64,000 nucleotides of DNA from the NCBI GenBank assembly GCA_965216325.1, contig OZ244160.1, forward strand, positions 128,001 through 192,000, given 5' to 3'. Made by a program: the position numbers and the translations under genes. Below, one piece after another: positions 1-15,873 of the stretch. The notes under the pieces are model-generated. The model was not told where the DNA came from. It searched no databases and saw only the letters and a list, made by a program, of their open reading frames with translations. Within the stretch, counting starts at the first letter, position 1. Each line of letters opens with the position of its first letter. This DNA comes from Coraliomargarita sp. (GTDB taxonomy: Bacteria > Verrucomicrobiota > Verrucomicrobiia > Opitutales > Coraliomargaritaceae).

Positions 1-109
1 GCGTGCAGGATATGTGTGCGGTTGAGCTGACTGCCTAAGCAGATCTTGCACAAGTGTTTTTCCGCGAAAAGCGGCTGGACAAAACGTCTCAGGTTGCGAG
101 CCTCTTCGG

Positions 110-1171
<1,062 letters not shown>

Positions 1172-1188
1172 AGAGTCACAGAAGATTG

Positions 1189-1266
1189 GCCCACGAATGA
1201 CACGAATCAGCACGAATCCTTAAATACGTTTCTTAAAATTCGTGATAATTAGTGAGATTCGTGGGC
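1189..1266. repeat. Periodic inverted-repeat element (9-10 nt unit CACGAAT x3, inverted ATTCGTG-like x3)
   Basis: GCCCACGAATGACACGAATCAGCACGAAT ... ATTCGTGATAATTAGTGAGATTCGTGGGC between pheS and pheT. Confidence 0.85.
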
Positions 1267-1279
1267 GAAAAGCATCCTA

Positions 1280-3755
<2,476 letters not shown>

Positions 3756-3771
3756 GGCGCCAGCCGCCCTG

Positions 3772-3849
3772 ACTCCTAATCTTAATCGTAATCCTAATCT
3801 CACCTGAGCCGAAGAACGATTAAGAGTAAGATTACGATTAAGATTAAGA
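3772..3849. repeat. Hexamer-periodic inverted-repeat element ((TAATCY)n ... (GATTAA)n), copy 1
   Basis: ACTCCTAATCTTAATCGTAATCCTAATCT ... GATTAAGAGTAAGATTACGATTAAGATTAAGA. Confidence 0.9.
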
Positions 3850-3862
3850 ACTGAAAACTACC

Positions 3863-4156
3863 ATGAGCGAACAACCACACATGGACATCGATTACGTCGC
3901 CAATCTGGCACGTCTCGAACTCTCTGACGACGAGAAGGCCAAGCTTGGCGGCCAACTTGACGATATTCTAGGCTACTTTGAAAAGCTCAACGCGGTGGAC
4001 GTCGAAGGCGTCGAGCCGATGGCACACGCCCGCCCGGTCTACAATGTCTGGCGCGAAGGCGACGAAGCCGGCGCAACCTACAGCCCGGAAGTTCTTACCA
4101 AGATGGCTCCCGAACAGCGCGAAAACCAAGTCGTCGTGCCAAAGGTCGTCGAGTAG
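3863..4156 (+). CDS. gatC: Asp-tRNA(Asn)/Glu-tRNA(Gln) amidotransferase subunit C
   Basis: YVANLARLEL, VEPMAH, VVVPKVVE; upstream of gatA. Confidence 0.97.
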   Translation: MSEQPHMDIDYVANLARLELSDDEKAKLGGQLDDILGYFEKLNAVDVEGVEPMAHARPVYNVWREGDEAGATYSPEVLTKMAPEQRENQVVVPKVVE

Positions 4157-4160
4157 AATC

Positions 4161-4236
4161 TCTTACTCCTAATCTTAATCGTAATCCTAATCTCAAGAGA
4201 GCAGCGGACCGATTAAGATTACGATTATGATTAAGA
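4161..4236. repeat. Hexamer-periodic inverted-repeat element, copy 2
   Basis: TCTTACTCCTAATCTTAATCGTAATCCTAATCT ... GATTAAGATTACGATTATGATTAAGA between gatC and gatA. Confidence 0.9.
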
Positions 4237-4248
4237 ATTTTTGATCCC

Positions 4249-5715
<1,467 letters not shown>

Positions 5716-5813
5716 AGCCACGGATGGACGCGGATTAAACGCGGATCCTTCCATACGAATCTAATTTATAATTTCAAAAAATCATCCGTGAACATCCGCG
5801 CTTATCCGCGGCT
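5716..5813. repeat. Periodic inverted-repeat element (10-11 nt unit CRCGGAT x3, inverted ATCCGYG x3)
   Basis: AGCCACGGATGGACGCGGATTAAACGCGGAT ... ATCCGTGAACATCCGCGCTTATCCGCGGCT directly after the gatA stop. Confidence 0.85.
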
Positions 5814-5838
5814 AAAAACACGTATCCAAAGCTTTTAT

Positions 5839-7305
<1,467 letters not shown>

Positions 7306-7309
<4 letters not shown>

Positions 7310-7944
7310 GCTAAAACAGGAGCAATCATTACCTTATCACCAGTTCGCACTAAAGAGAACTGGCCGATTTGTTGATGCTTTGGTTTCAGTAAGTCTCCGA
7401 TAATTACAAAGGTGCTTCTTTTTGGGCTAGTGCTACCCAATAAGAATAATCCTGCGGCATCAAAGTTAGGAATGTTCAATGATTCGTTGGTCAAGGTGAT
7501 GTTGCGGTTTACCTCAATGACGAAGATGGTGCCCTGTGGTGTAGGATATGTTTCTGGTAGCTTCGATAGTTGAATATTCAGATCATTGAGTGAGTCTGCT
7601 TCGTCCTTATGTGTTGGCAGCCAATCTGATTGTGGGACGAGTTTTAGTTGCACTGTAAAGTGTTCGTCCCGTTTACCTTTTGATCTTACTTTGATTGCCG
7701 AATCATAATCAGATTCTTCTTGATCCTTTTTGAATGGAGCAAACTCAATGATCTTCGGTGCCCAAATCATGTTCAAGCCGCATGCAAATGCAGCAGCTTG
7801 AAGGTTTTCGCGGAATGTCTTATTGTCCCTGTGTTTTAGTTTGCTAGGGGGGATGCGCTTGAGCTCCTCCTGCTGGTCCGCCCAGAATTTTGGAGGTGAG
7901 ACATACTCAAGTTTCTCTAGCTGTCTTTTAAGGATAGCATCCAT
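7306..7944 (-). CDS. Hypothetical protein (AT-richer; possible PD-(D/E)XK-like fold)
   Basis: 212 aa ORF convergent with gatB; composition differs from flanking housekeeping genes. Confidence 0.6.
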
Positions 7945-8146
7945 ATGTAAGCGTCAGCTGATTTACTCTGAATGCTGAAGTCAATTAGAACTATCAGTTC
8001 ATAATGCAACATGGTGTCCCTCGCTGAAAATTTTCTCGGTGACCTTCCAGAACTTGCCTTGCTTGCGGGCGATCAGGGTCTAAAACGGGTCATTGCTCCG
8101 CCATCTACACTTCGTTCCGTCCATAATTCTTGTAACGCTATCTATA

Positions 8147-8188
8147 TGCGTCATTGACATACTTGTTGGCTTGGTGCGTTAATGACAT
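8147..8188 (+). promoter_or_regulatory. Putative toxin-antitoxin promoter/operator pair
   Basis: Two near-identical quasi-palindromes TGCGTCATTGACAT (8147) and TGCGTTAATGACAT (8175); the first contains TTGACA; just upstream of the toxin remnant ATG at 8201. Confidence 0.45.
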
Positions 8189-8200
8189 CGTTTAATTTGC

Positions 8201-8269
8201 ATGCTCTTCATCGAAACACCGATTTTCACGAAGCAAGCCAGCGGTGGGCGAGGGAACGTCGAACATTGA
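8201..8269 (+). pseudogene. Truncated RelE/HigB-like toxin
   Basis: Translates MLFIETPIFTKQASGGRGNVEH*; the N-terminus resembles HigB2-type toxins; lies upstream of an XRE antitoxin and is cut by a heptamer repeat. Confidence 0.65.
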
Positions 8270-8317
8270 ACTCCTAACATCCAATTTTGAATGACTGGCT
8301 GGGAAAGGAATAAGCAC

Positions 8318-8635
8318 TTGGACGCAGAACTATTCAATGAACTTAAAGACTCGATTCGCCAGATGAAGGCGATTGAGAAGGGCGAGCTGGCCCCAGCGCG
8401 TGTGCGTGTGGTGAATCCTGAGAACGAAGTGGCGCAGGCACGTCAGCAACTTGGCCTAACGCAAGAAGCGTTTGCGAAATTACTGGATACACCCGTTGGC
8501 ACGATCCGCGGTTGGGAGCAGGGGCGTCGTCAACCACCACCGAGCGCGAAGGTGTTGATGCGTGTTGCGACCAAGTATCCCGAGCAAGTATTGGAATGCG
8601 CTGAAGATCAAAGTGCCTACAATCAGAAGAGTTAG
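8318..8635 (+). CDS. XRE/Cro HTH protein, HigA2/NadS-like antitoxin
   Basis: DAELFNELKDSI...ARQQLGLTQEAFAKLL...TIRGWEQGRRQP; TTG start at 8318 after AAGGA (ORF track start 8291). Confidence 0.85.
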   Translation: MDAELFNELKDSIRQMKAIEKGELAPARVRVVNPENEVAQARQQLGLTQEAFAKLLDTPVGTIRGWEQGRRQPPPSAKVLMRVATKYPEQVLECAEDQSAYNQKS

Positions 8636-8648
8636 GTCTGGAATATTA

Positions 8649-8734
8649 TAACCGCCCGCTTCGCTCGAGGACGCTGAGGTCAGAGAGAAAGTTTTGAGAC
8701 TTAGACTCTGCGCTCTCCGCGAACTCTGCGGTTA
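8649..8734. repeat. 9-nt-periodic inverted-repeat element (CGCAGAG-like / CTCTGCG)
   Basis: TAACCGCCCGCTTCGCTCGAGGACGCTGAGGTCAGAGAG ... CTCTGCGCTCTCCGCGAACTCTGCGGTTA; related half-copy at 46486-46520. Confidence 0.7.
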
Positions 8735-8794
8735 AATACTAGTTCAGTTTGATGAATCGGTGAAAGATGAAAGGCTGAACTATAGATCATAATC

Positions 8795-8992
8795 ATGCCA
8801 AGATTGATCGATAAGTTTGATTTTTATCGATCATGGAATGGCTATGTATCGATTTCGCAGACCTCGACTGCCACAGCAACCCGTGACCTGCGCGGGCTAG
8901 TCCAGTTAGGTGCCTTGATTAAGACGGGTAAGCTAAAGGGCACTCGCTATTGGTTGAACCTTGGTAGTGCTTCATCGGTTAAGCGTGTTTAG
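8795..8992 (+). pseudogene. C-terminal winged-helix remnant of a Fic (DUF4172-type) protein
   Basis: YVSISQTSTATATRDLRGLVQLGALIKTG...TRYWL resembles the Fic C-terminal HTH; no Fic catalytic motif present. Confidence 0.6.
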
Positions 8993-9026
8993 TCTAAGCC
9001 ATAGCTCTAAGACTAATAATAAAAAG

Positions 9027-10327
9027 GGTTCTTCGTAAATTCCTGTGAGGAATCAGGGGTTGAGGTCTAGTTTTCCGCATTGGAACAGGATGGCGACTCT
9101 GTAGTTCTCAAAGCTCCTGAAGCCTCTGGCGTTTGCTTTGATGCTTTGGATAACACCGTTAAAGCCTTCTGTTGCCGCATTGGTGATTCGGTGTTTCAGA
9201 TAGGTGATGATGTTCTCGAAGTGTTCTTTGATCATTTTGGCGACGCGTTTGACGGGGTCGAGTTTGCTGCGGCGAGCCCACCCATACCACTTGTTAAAGA
9301 ACTTCCGTGCGCAGGCCGGATACGTGTAGTCCCAAAAGTGGTCGAAGGTTTCCTTGATCGCGTAGGCACGACCCACCTTCAACCCGAGCGACTGCAGCTG
9401 GTCAAAGCGAACCTGCATCTCTTCGCTGAGGTTCTCAAAGCCCGTCAGCCAGAGATATTTACTCTTCTTGAGCGTGTCGTCGTTCTGGCTGGAGAGGACT
9501 TTGTGTTCTTGCCGACGCACCTTGTCGATTGCCTGATTCAGGTGCGCGCTGATGTGGAAGCGGTCATGCACGATGTCCGCATCGGGTAAGTGGGATTCAG
9601 CGGCCTTGATATAGGCACGCCACATATCCATAGCGACTGCTTTGACTACCTTTAGCTGCTCTTCGGTTAGCCCCTCAAAGAGCTTGTCGCATGCCGACTC
9701 GTCGCGACCTTCGGCGACATCCAGAACCCGACTGCGATCCAGATCGGTCAACAGACTGATGTAGTTGTGTCCCTTGCGAAAACTCTTCTCATCAATGCCC
9801 AAGTAATTGACTGGCACGGCCTGTCTTCGCTCCAGCCCCCTGGCCACTGCACGACGCCTGATCTCATTTACCTGATGCCAGTTTAGCCCCATTGACTCAG
9901 CTGCGGCCTTCACGCTCGAACAGGCCTGAAGCACGTCTATGGCAAAGGACTCGAACAGCAGAGTAAATCTTGAGCCTTTCCCTGCCCAAGGCACACGAAC
10001 GGTCTTCACGCCATGTTCCGGGCAATTGCAGCGAGGCACCTCACAGCGCAGGATCGTTTCAAACTGCATTGTGTCCAGGTGACGCCATTCACGCATCTCC
10101 CGGTCGTCATAGTGAGGGCAGACTCCTCCGCACTCAGGACACTCCAGCGACTGTGACAAGTCATAGTAAATCTCGACCACTACACGCTTAGCTCCTAAAT
10201 CCAATTGCACTGCGGATACCTTCCAAGCTCCGCTCAAACCCAATAGTTGCTCGTAGTGTTCTTCCTGTGATGTCATCTCTGTCTTGAACATCTATACCGC
10301 TTCCTTCACAAGATTTTACGAATAGCC
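9027..10327 (-). mobile_element. ISL3-family insertion sequence
   Basis: Terminal inverted repeats GGTTCTTCGTAAATTCCTGTGA (9027) and revcomp GGCTATTCGTAAAATCTTGTGA (ending 10327), 18/22 match. Confidence 0.92.
9053..10291 (-). CDS. ISL3-family transposase
   Basis: Zn finger CPECG/CPEHG, WRHLD, LGIDEKS, VAMDMW, DRFHI, TNAATEGFN, ARGFRSFEN. Confidence 0.97.
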   Translation of the reverse strand: MFKTEMTSQEEHYEQLLGLSGAWKVSAVQLDLGAKRVVVEIYYDLSQSLECPECGGVCPHYDDREMREWRHLDTMQFETILRCEVPRCNCPEHGVKTVRVPWAGKGSRFTLLFESFAIDVLQACSSVKAAAESMGLNWHQVNEIRRRAVARGLERRQAVPVNYLGIDEKSFRKGHNYISLLTDLDRSRVLDVAEGRDESACDKLFEGLTEEQLKVVKAVAMDMWRAYIKAAESHLPDADIVHDRFHISAHLNQAIDKVRRQEHKVLSSQNDDTLKKSKYLWLTGFENLSEEMQVRFDQLQSLGLKVGRAYAIKETFDHFWDYTYPACARKFFNKWYGWARRSKLDPVKRVAKMIKEHFENIITYLKHRITNAATEGFNGVIQSIKANARGFRSFENYRVAILFQCGKLDLNP

Positions 10328-10494
10328 TAATTTTCTAGGCGTTGAAATGGCGCGGAAAATATACAACAAATTTGAGCCAATATTTACCGAGTTTGAATAC
10401 GCAGCCCCAGGGTGATCAAATTTCGCTCGGCTCTCAACTGTGCTTGGTTCTTCTTTATGCTAGGCGATAAAATGAGCGAACCAACAACTGAGTA

Positions 10495-11454
10495 GTGCAT
10501 AAGAACAAAAAAAGGATTTTAAGGAAGTTACTTGGTAAGAAGTTGGCGGGGTGTCTGCTTTTATACCTTAAGCACGCCTTGGTGTGTCTGATGCGCTTCA
10601 TTCGAAGGAAATTTGGGGTGAACAATGAAATTGCAGTTGTCATATTCAGCTATGATCGACCGATGCAATTGGAGGCCCTGTTGGTTAGCATTCAGCAACA
10701 CTGGAACTGGCAAAAAAAAGTATATGTTATCTATCGAATTAGTGGGCCGAAGTATGCGGATGCTTATGAAGCGTTGTTTAATCAATATGCGTTTGTAGTG
10801 CCTATACGCGAACAGCCTTGTGCTTTTCGTCGTCAGTTGATCGATTTGGTGAAGAAAGCTAAAGTGAGGTGGATCTCTTTGATGGTGGATGATGATTTGC
10901 TTGTCGCGGATGTAGATCAAGATATCCTTCCACACTTAGAAAATGGACACAATTTTAGTCTCAGACTTGGGAGGCATGTGGTGGAATGCCAACCCGTCTA
11001 CGGCAAGCCTTCAGTGCCCAAGGCGCTGAAACAATTTAGTGCACCCAATGAGCATTTCATCCATTGGAAATGGGCTGATGGTACATATGACTGGAGGATG
11101 CCATTTAGTTTAGACGGGAATATCGTCAATCGTCTCGAGCTTCAAATATGCTTGAGTTTAATAAAGTTCGAAAATCCGAATACCCTAGAACGAGAGCTTA
11201 GGAATATGGAATTTCTATACGATTTTGATGAGGGAGTGGCATACTCAAATAGCCGTCTAATCAATATTCCGATGAATCGAGTTCAAGAGTCTGGCCTCCA
11301 CTTTCCGTCCATGGACGTATCAACCGATGATCTGTTGGAAAAGTGGAGGGCTGGGCTGAGGCCCGATTTCTCAAAAATCGTCAATAAGCAATGGCCCTCT
11401 ACGCATGTTGAAGCGATGCCCGAATTTATTCAGCCGAGCTCAACTGATTGTTGA
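10495..11454 (+). CDS. Putative GT-A fold glycosyltransferase-like protein
   Basis: IFSYDRPMQLEALL and VDDD (DxD) motifs; LPS locus context; start uncertain. Confidence 0.6.
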   Translation: MHKNKKRILRKLLGKKLAGCLLLYLKHALVCLMRFIRRKFGVNNEIAVVIFSYDRPMQLEALLVSIQQHWNWQKKVYVIYRISGPKYADAYEALFNQYAFVVPIREQPCAFRRQLIDLVKKAKVRWISLMVDDDLLVADVDQDILPHLENGHNFSLRLGRHVVECQPVYGKPSVPKALKQFSAPNEHFIHWKWADGTYDWRMPFSLDGNIVNRLELQICLSLIKFENPNTLERELRNMEFLYDFDEGVAYSNSRLINIPMNRVQESGLHFPSMDVSTDDLLEKWRAGLRPDFSKIVNKQWPSTHVEAMPEFIQPSSTDC

Positions 11455-11464
11455 ACTGTTGCCT

Positions 11465-12310
11465 TTATTCGGAACGTAGAATTTGGGGCAGCTTTGGGGG
11501 GCGTTTGTGCCAGCTGGTATACATTTTATGGGCTTTGGTCGTAATTTGAGCCCAAAGTCGGGGCTGGGTTCTGATTTGCTGTTTCCAGTCGTCGCCGAGG
11601 TAGGCCTTGAGGAAGCGTCCGCAATCTGCAGAGGTGAGGCCGACGTCCAGTGCGGAGAAGATCAGTGAGCGCAGGTCTTTAACTAGCCAGCGTGTGGGGA
11701 CTTGGGGGCGCTGTTGGACGCGGTGGAGGTCGATGAGGCTGACTTCGATTTGAGCGCCAGCCTGCCATGCTTGAATGTGCTCGCGGTTGACCAAATAGTG
11801 GCAGAGGTAGCAGTCGCGGTGGTTGATGCCGCTGCGGTGCATTTTGCCGGTCATCAAGCCGACTTCTGTTATGAGGGCGTGTTTGAGGGAGACCCACTGT
11901 GGGCCGTTTATGTTTAGCCAGCCCTCTTTGAAATATTCGAGTGTTTCGCAATCTTCAAGCGCCTCCAGTGCGACAAAGGACTCAACCGCATGGGGATAGC
12001 TGCCGCGTTCACCTTTGCCGAGCACTTTGGGCACTCGGACGCCTGCAGCTGCCAGCTTTTCCGCGCCTTCCCATTCCGTGCGGGCACTGACGACCGGTTT
12101 GCGGAAGCGATACCATTCTTTAATCACTTCGCCCCAGCCGCAGCCCAAGTGACGCTTCACATAGAAGTGCAGGTCACCAAGCTGGACCTCGTAGGTCAGT
12201 CGGTGTTTGACGTCGCGATGTGCTTGCCCTTGTTGGGTCAGGAACCAGCCGAACAAATCGGGCTCATCGGCGAGCCGTTGTTTGAGTTCTGGGCTGAGTT
12301 CAAGATACAT
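11465..12310 (-). CDS. waaP: LPS core heptose(I) kinase
   Basis: YVKRHLGCGWGEVIK, GINHRDCYLCHY, LIDLHR, RWLVKDL; ATG at 12310 chosen over 12376. Confidence 0.88.
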   Translation of the reverse strand: MYLELSPELKQRLADEPDLFGWFLTQQGQAHRDVKHRLTYEVQLGDLHFYVKRHLGCGWGEVIKEWYRFRKPVVSARTEWEGAEKLAAAGVRVPKVLGKGERGSYPHAVESFVALEALEDCETLEYFKEGWLNINGPQWVSLKHALITEVGLMTGKMHRSGINHRDCYLCHYLVNREHIQAWQAGAQIEVSLIDLHRVQQRPQVPTRWLVKDLRSLIFSALDVGLTSADCGRFLKAYLGDDWKQQIRTQPRLWAQITTKAHKMYTSWHKRPPKLPQILRSE

Positions 12311-12585
12311 GTTTTTGGAAGGCTGTTCCGAGGAACGAAGTGGCGACATGACCGGGCGCGAAGCGGACCGGATCAACCTGAAAGCTGAGACTTGAGTGGC
12401 TGCGTGGCGTGGGAAGTTTAAATGTGTGAAAGTTCGGCGGTCCGACTTCTGGATATAGTTTTATGTTGGCGACTGAGTCTAGCCTTGAATTGTTCGGTGC
12501 TTGGGGTTGCTCTGCTAGCCGAATCTGAAGGTTGCCAGTATTCTGGGGATTTCAGATGCTGTGTTTTTGCTAACTTATTACATCT

Positions 12586-14832
12586 ATGCCCTCTGATAAA
12601 CTGCGTCTTGTGAATCTAGCTCGCCCAGGAAAGCTGGATCGTGAGTTCATGTGCGCTGCATTCAAGGGGCTGAGGTTGTTAATTGGCGACGTGGGGGAGC
12701 GTTTTACCGGAAAATCGATGCCGTTGGATACGTCGTTTTGCGGCGTGTGTATTGCGGTTCCGAAAGATGAGGAGGCTTTGGAGCAACTGTGCCGCTATGT
12801 GCGCGAGTTGTCTGTGCGTTCGCTGAGAGTGGACCTGACTTACGGGATGGATCTCGAGATGGTCGATACGCTGCTCGACCGTATGCATGCTTTGGATACG
12901 CGGGTTTTGTTGCATCTGGTGCAGCCGCGCTCGCTGGCGAAGCAAATGCCTGCAGCGGGTGTGTTGGAGCAGTGGCGCGCGTTTGTGGCAGATTCTTTGG
13001 AGCGCACTGCCGATCGAATTGAGGCAGTTGAGATTGGGGCGACAGTGAACCGTGCGAAATGGGCGGGCTACAACCTTGCGGGCCTGTTGGCACTTTGGGA
13101 GGTGGCTTGCTCCGAGGCTCGACGGAGCGGAGTTTTGCTGGTCGGGCCGAATGTAACCGATTTTGAACCACAGTATAATGCCGGGTTGCTGAGGATGTTG
13201 AAGCGCCGTGAGCAGTTGCCCGACGTGCATAGCAACAACTTGTTTGCGGAGCGGGCGATCGAGCCAGAGGCAATGGACAGGAAGATTCTTGGGGAGCGCT
13301 TCAAACGGCTGCACGGTTATGACCTGATCAAGAAGGCGCAGCTGGTGGCTGCTTTGGGTGCGGAGTGTGGTTTGCCTCGTGCCTGGTCCACCTGCGCATT
13401 CTGGACGGTGCCTCGCATTAAGCGCGTTTTGACCAAATCGGAGAACAAAATGGCGGATTATTTGGTACGCTATTTTGTGCTTTGTGCTGCTTCGGGTGCC
13501 TTTGAGCGGATTTACTGGGGGCCGCTGGTGAGTCGTCGTGAGGGATTGGTGGACGATGGTACTGGTTTGGCGGAGGATCGCACGGTGCGCGATGTGGTAT
13601 CGCTGTATCGGGAGTTGCCCGGTGAGTCGCAGCAGTGGCGTGTGCGGCCTGCATTTTATGCGCTGCAGGCGGTGAATCGTTTTTTGTCGGGGGCGCGTTA
13701 CTTAGGGAAATTGAGTCAGGGTGAGGCTTTGCAAATCCATGCCTTTGAAGTCGAGGAGGGGATTCTTCATGTCGGATGGACGATGAATGGTAAGCTTGCT
13801 GCCATCTCCGATTGCTACTCCGACGATGTTGTAGCTGGGCTGAAGGCACAGTGGAGCCGGGACGGTGCCGAACTGGAGCAGGTGCCCTCTGTGCTGACGG
13901 AATCGCCGTATTATTTGTTATGGCCGAAGGATGCGCAGCCGAAAGTGTTGGAGTCTGCGGAGGTGATGGAGCGGGTGGTGGTCGCTCCGTTGAATCAGGG
14001 GGAAGACTATTACAGTGTCGGTGATGCGACATGGCGGGGCTTGATTCGAGCCGGCAGTGAGGAGCACGCGCAGTTGCTCTACGACTCATTGCGGCCGGAG
14101 TCGATTGCTTCCAAGCCTCAGCTGGCTAATTTACGTAAGGCGCGCAATGCGATCTGGACGGTTGAAGATCCGCGAGATCCGGAATGTTCGCTCGTGGTGA
14201 AGCAGCCTGTGCGCATTGCCTGGCATAAGCAGATTCTGGATCGGAGTAAGCCGTCCAAAGCATTGCGCAGTTGGAATGGCACAAGTGAGTTACTTCGACG
14301 TGGTATCGAATCTCCGGCGCCGGTGGCTTTTTTCGAGCACCGTGATCCGCGTGAGATGTTGCAGAACTGGTTTGTTTGTGAGCACTTCAAGACCGAACAC
14401 TCGGCGCGTTCATTTTTTGTACGCTATGCCGCGGGGGAGGAGCGAGTGGAAGGCTATACCTTTGAGGAGTTTGTGTATCGGATCCTGCGCTACATACGTC
14501 GAATGCATCGGCGCGGGGTGATTTTTAGAGACCTATCGGGGGGCAATGTCTTGGTGCAGGTTTTGGCGGATGGGAAATTGAAATTTTCATTGATCGATAC
14601 AGCGCGCGCGCGCTTTCAGATGCGACGTTTCCCGCTCAAGGCGCGTGTCTCGGATTTGAAGCGCTTATGCAGCAAGCTCGACACTGAGCGTCAGGCTTAC
14701 TTCATGAACGCCTATTTGAAGCAAGAGGGAGCTCGTTTTACACAGTTACAGCGTTGGTCGTTTAAGCTTTATGCGCTAAAGGCTCAGCTGAAACGCTGGA
14801 AGCGTAAATTGAGAAAGCAGTTTATGCGCTGA
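12586..14832 (+). CDS. Glycoside-hydrolase-like TIM barrel fused to a C-terminal LPS kinase (Kdo/WaaP/InaA family)
   Basis: C-terminal MHRRGVIFRDLSGGNVL...LIDTAR kinase motifs; N-terminal clan-A-like segments (IEAVEIG, LVGPN, WSTCAFW, RIYW). Confidence 0.7.
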   Translation: MPSDKLRLVNLARPGKLDREFMCAAFKGLRLLIGDVGERFTGKSMPLDTSFCGVCIAVPKDEEALEQLCRYVRELSVRSLRVDLTYGMDLEMVDTLLDRMHALDTRVLLHLVQPRSLAKQMPAAGVLEQWRAFVADSLERTADRIEAVEIGATVNRAKWAGYNLAGLLALWEVACSEARRSGVLLVGPNVTDFEPQYNAGLLRMLKRREQLPDVHSNNLFAERAIEPEAMDRKILGERFKRLHGYDLIKKAQLVAALGAECGLPRAWSTCAFWTVPRIKRVLTKSENKMADYLVRYFVLCAASGAFERIYWGPLVSRREGLVDDGTGLAEDRTVRDVVSLYRELPGESQQWRVRPAFYALQAVNRFLSGARYLGKLSQGEALQIHAFEVEEGILHVGWTMNGKLAAISDCYSDDVVAGLKAQWSRDGAELEQVPSVLTESPYYLLWPKDAQPKVLESAEVMERVVVAPLNQGEDYYSVGDATWRGLIRAGSEEHAQLLYDSLRPESIASKPQLANLRKARNAIWTVEDPRDPECSLVVKQPVRIAWHKQILDRSKPSKALRSWNGTSELLRRGIESPAPVAFFEHRDPREMLQNWFVCEHFKTEHSARSFFVRYAAGEERVEGYTFEEFVYRILRYIRRMHRRGVIFRDLSGGNVLVQVLADGKLKFSLIDTARARFQMRRFPLKARVSDLKRLCSKLDTERQAYFMNAYLKQEGARFTQLQRWSFKLYALKAQLKRWKRKLRKQFMR

Positions 14833-15017
14833 GCCATGGCCGCTCACTCGGTTCATCATGTTTCATCGGCTCCGTGTTCGGGAGGAGGGGCTTCCCGTTT
14901 ACGTTTCTTTCTGAAGATCATGTGTGGCAGGTCGATGGTCTGAGTCTGAAGTGCCTGAGCGCGCAGGGCTAGTGTGATTGCACTCTAATTGGTAGGATCC
15001 AGGCGCATGGCTGGTTG

Positions 15018-15815
15018 TTATTCGTCTTCGATTGGAATGAAGTGCTTTTGTAGCCCGGGAATTGGGAGCTTGCCGAGCTTCTCTGTCCAGCGAACCTTGC
15101 GTATGAGCCTGTCCGGCCAGATGTGTGGATATGCTTTGGATGCCGCATGCTGCCTGTCGGCCTCTTTGAGTGAGCGATAGCGCTCACTTTTGGAGAGTTG
15201 GTTGGGGTGTTGCGTGTAGAGGTAGAGGACTTGAGGGATTAAGCCGAGTTTGAGCTTCTTGGCCACGGCTCGTGCCCAGAAGTCTTTGTCGCCGGCGATC
15301 TGGAAGGTCGTGTCGAAGTTGCCGAAGCTGCTTGCCAATTCCCGCTTCCACGCAAAGAAGGCACCCGGGCGTGGTTGCAGTGCGAGTGGTTTGAGACGCT
15401 TGGGCGCCCAGTTGTCCCGCTTAGGGTCTTCCAGTTTCTGTTTCGCGATCAGTACCGAACCGAGGTCCCAGTTGTGTGTGCCCATCTGCTCGATGGTGAT
15501 CTCCAGTAGCCGCGGGTGCATGGCATCGTCCATGTTGGAAATGCACACCAAGGGCGCGCTGGCTTCGCTCCACCCTAGGTTCCACGCTTCATAGAGCGTG
15601 AGCCGCTCGTCGCGTGTGACTAGACGGCAGTTCGGGCGTTGCTCACAGTAAGGTTCTAGCAACTCACGTTCGCGCTCCGGCGAACCGGTTTCTAAAAATA
15701 GAAATTCTGCGTCCTTGAATGCGGTTTGTGCTTCGATCTCAGCCGTTTTTTTGGCGATGTAATCACGATCATTGAAGGTGCTGATGAGCACCGTGATTTT
15801 AGGCTGAAATGACAT
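15018..15815 (-). CDS. Glycosyltransferase family 2
   Basis: KITVLISTFND, LYEAWNLG, NMDD, FQIAGDKDFW. Confidence 0.88.
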   Translation of the reverse strand: MSFQPKITVLISTFNDRDYIAKKTAEIEAQTAFKDAEFLFLETGSPERERELLEPYCEQRPNCRLVTRDERLTLYEAWNLGWSEASAPLVCISNMDDAMHPRLLEITIEQMGTHNWDLGSVLIAKQKLEDPKRDNWAPKRLKPLALQPRPGAFFAWKRELASSFGNFDTTFQIAGDKDFWARAVAKKLKLGLIPQVLYLYTQHPNQLSKSERYRSLKEADRQHAASKAYPHIWPDRLIRKVRWTEKLGKLPIPGLQKHFIPIEDE

Positions 15816-15873
15816 GGGCGAATTTAGAGATGAGCATTGCGGGATCGGAGATCTTGTGTCTTAAGGTCGCAAC

